From the NCBI GenBank assembly GCA_963841435.1, contig CAWJCS010000005.1:1440001-1504000 (forward strand): a DNA stretch of 64,000 nt, given 5' to 3'. This document shows positions 63,084 to 64,000 of this stretch, piece after piece. The notes beneath the pieces were generated by a model that did no database searches, was not told the origin of the DNA, and saw only the letters and a list, made by a program, of their open reading frames with translations. A program made the translations under genes and the position numbers. How positions within the stretch are numbered: position 1 is the stretch's first letter; the number at the start of each line of letters is the position of its first letter. Origin of the DNA: an uncultured delta proteobacterium. Its GTDB lineage: Bacteria > Myxococcota_A > Polyangia > Polyangiales > Polyangiaceae.

Positions 63084-64000
63084 ATGAAACCGGAAGAGGC
63101 ATTGGAAGAGACGAAACGCATCGCGACGACGATCGCGGGGCCTGCCGCTGGCGAGAACGACCGAGCGGCTCACTTTCCCGAGCAAGCGCTGCAGGCGCTC
63201 GGCGAGGCAAAACTACTCGGCATCGGCTGCCCGACCGAATATGGGGGCCTCGGCACCAACGTGCGCTCGTACTTCAATGTGGTGACCACCCTCGCAGAGG
63301 CGGATGCCTCAGCGGCCATGATCTACATGATGCACGTCTGCGGCACGCGTTGCATCGCCAGTGCGCCCAAGGGCGCCCACGTCAAGGCGGAGCTCGAAGC
63401 GATCGCTCGGGGCGAGCACCTGACGACGCTCGCGTTCAGCGAGCGTGGCTCGCGCAGCCACTTCTGGGCTCCCGTCTCGCGAGCCACCCGCACCCAGGGC
63501 GGCGTGCGGCTGACGGCCACCAAGTCGTGGGTCACGAGCGCCAACCATGCCCAGAGCTACGTGGTGTCCACCCTGGCGCCGGAGGGCAAGGGGCCGACCG
63601 ACTCGAACCTGTATCTGGTCGCGAGCAAGGCGCCTTCCGTCCGTGTTTCGGCGCCGTGGGACGGCCTGGGGCTGCGCGCCAACGACTCGGCGCCCGTCGA
63701 GCTCGAAGGCTGCGACGTTCTGGACGAAAAGCGCCTCACCGACGAGGGCACCGGTTTCAAGGCCATGCTCGAGGTCGTGTTGCCGATGTTCAATCTGGGG
63801 ACTGCGGGCGTGGCGCTCGGCCTCTGTCGTGCGGCCACGGCGAGCACGATCACGCACCTTCGCACCGCGCAGTTCGAGCACCTGGGCCAGACCCTGGGTG
63901 CAGCATTGCCGACACTCCGGGCGCTGCTCGCACAGATGCAGATCGCAACGGACGGGCTCGCTGCGCTGCTGAACGACGTCATGCAGCACATGGAGACGCC
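63084..64000 (+). CDS. Acyl-CoA dehydrogenase family protein (runs off right edge)
   Basis: Read manually: PTEYGGLG, LAEADAS, LAFSERGS, KSWVT, WDGLGLRAN. Confidence 0.88.
   Translation, partial: MKPEEALEETKRIATTIAGPAAGENDRAAHFPEQALQALGEAKLLGIGCPTEYGGLGTNVRSYFNVVTTLAEADASAAMIYMMHVCGTRCIASAPKGAHVKAELEAIARGEHLTTLAFSERGSRSHFWAPVSRATRTQGGVRLTATKSWVTSANHAQSYVVSTLAPEGKGPTDSNLYLVASKAPSVRVSAPWDGLGLRANDSAPVELEGCDVLDEKRLTDEGTGFKAMLEVVLPMFNLGTAGVALGLCRAATASTITHLRTAQFEHLGQTLGAALPTLRALLAQMQIATDGLAALLNDVMQHMET

Noticed and set aside
61679-63121. 656-aa fusion ORF upstream of the monoheme cytochrome
   Set aside because: Upstream part is an Arg-rich off-frame read of the porin gene; the coupled ATG at 61678 gives a proper signal peptide

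Overview
GC-rich bacterial DNA, most consistent with a myxobacterium (Polyangiaceae/Sorangiineae-like). This is inferred from MYXO-CTERM-like tails, many Cys/Gly-rich lipoproteins, an FHA-sigma54 activator and ECF cassettes. The left half is mostly housekeeping and signalling: rmlA-C-B, a sigma54 activator with a divergent small gene, ppnP, a diguanylate cyclase, ribE-ribB, alr, a GH94 phosphorylase, RNase E/G and a hybrid kinase. The centre holds tRNA-Ser(TGA) on the minus strand. Downstream of it are 154-bp tandem repeats that copy its 3' end. Upstream of it is a 12.7-kb decayed island bounded by a duplicate of the tRNA's 5' half plus promoter, the reverse of the usual arrangement. The island carries IS91-like, serine recombinase and group II intron remnants, a Fic protein, a nucleotidyltransferase and an ECF cassette. 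The right part holds secreted glycan-active enzymes (two GH16, a CE1-like esterase), mtnP, a GT-C-like membrane protein, and a translationally coupled four-gene operon: Cyc2-like cytochrome-porin fusion, surface-anchored monoheme cytochrome, lipoprotein and diheme lipoprotein. Four +1 frameshifts all sit beside TCGA and may be methylation-linked sequencing errors. All family assignments come from motif recognition by eye; no searches were run.
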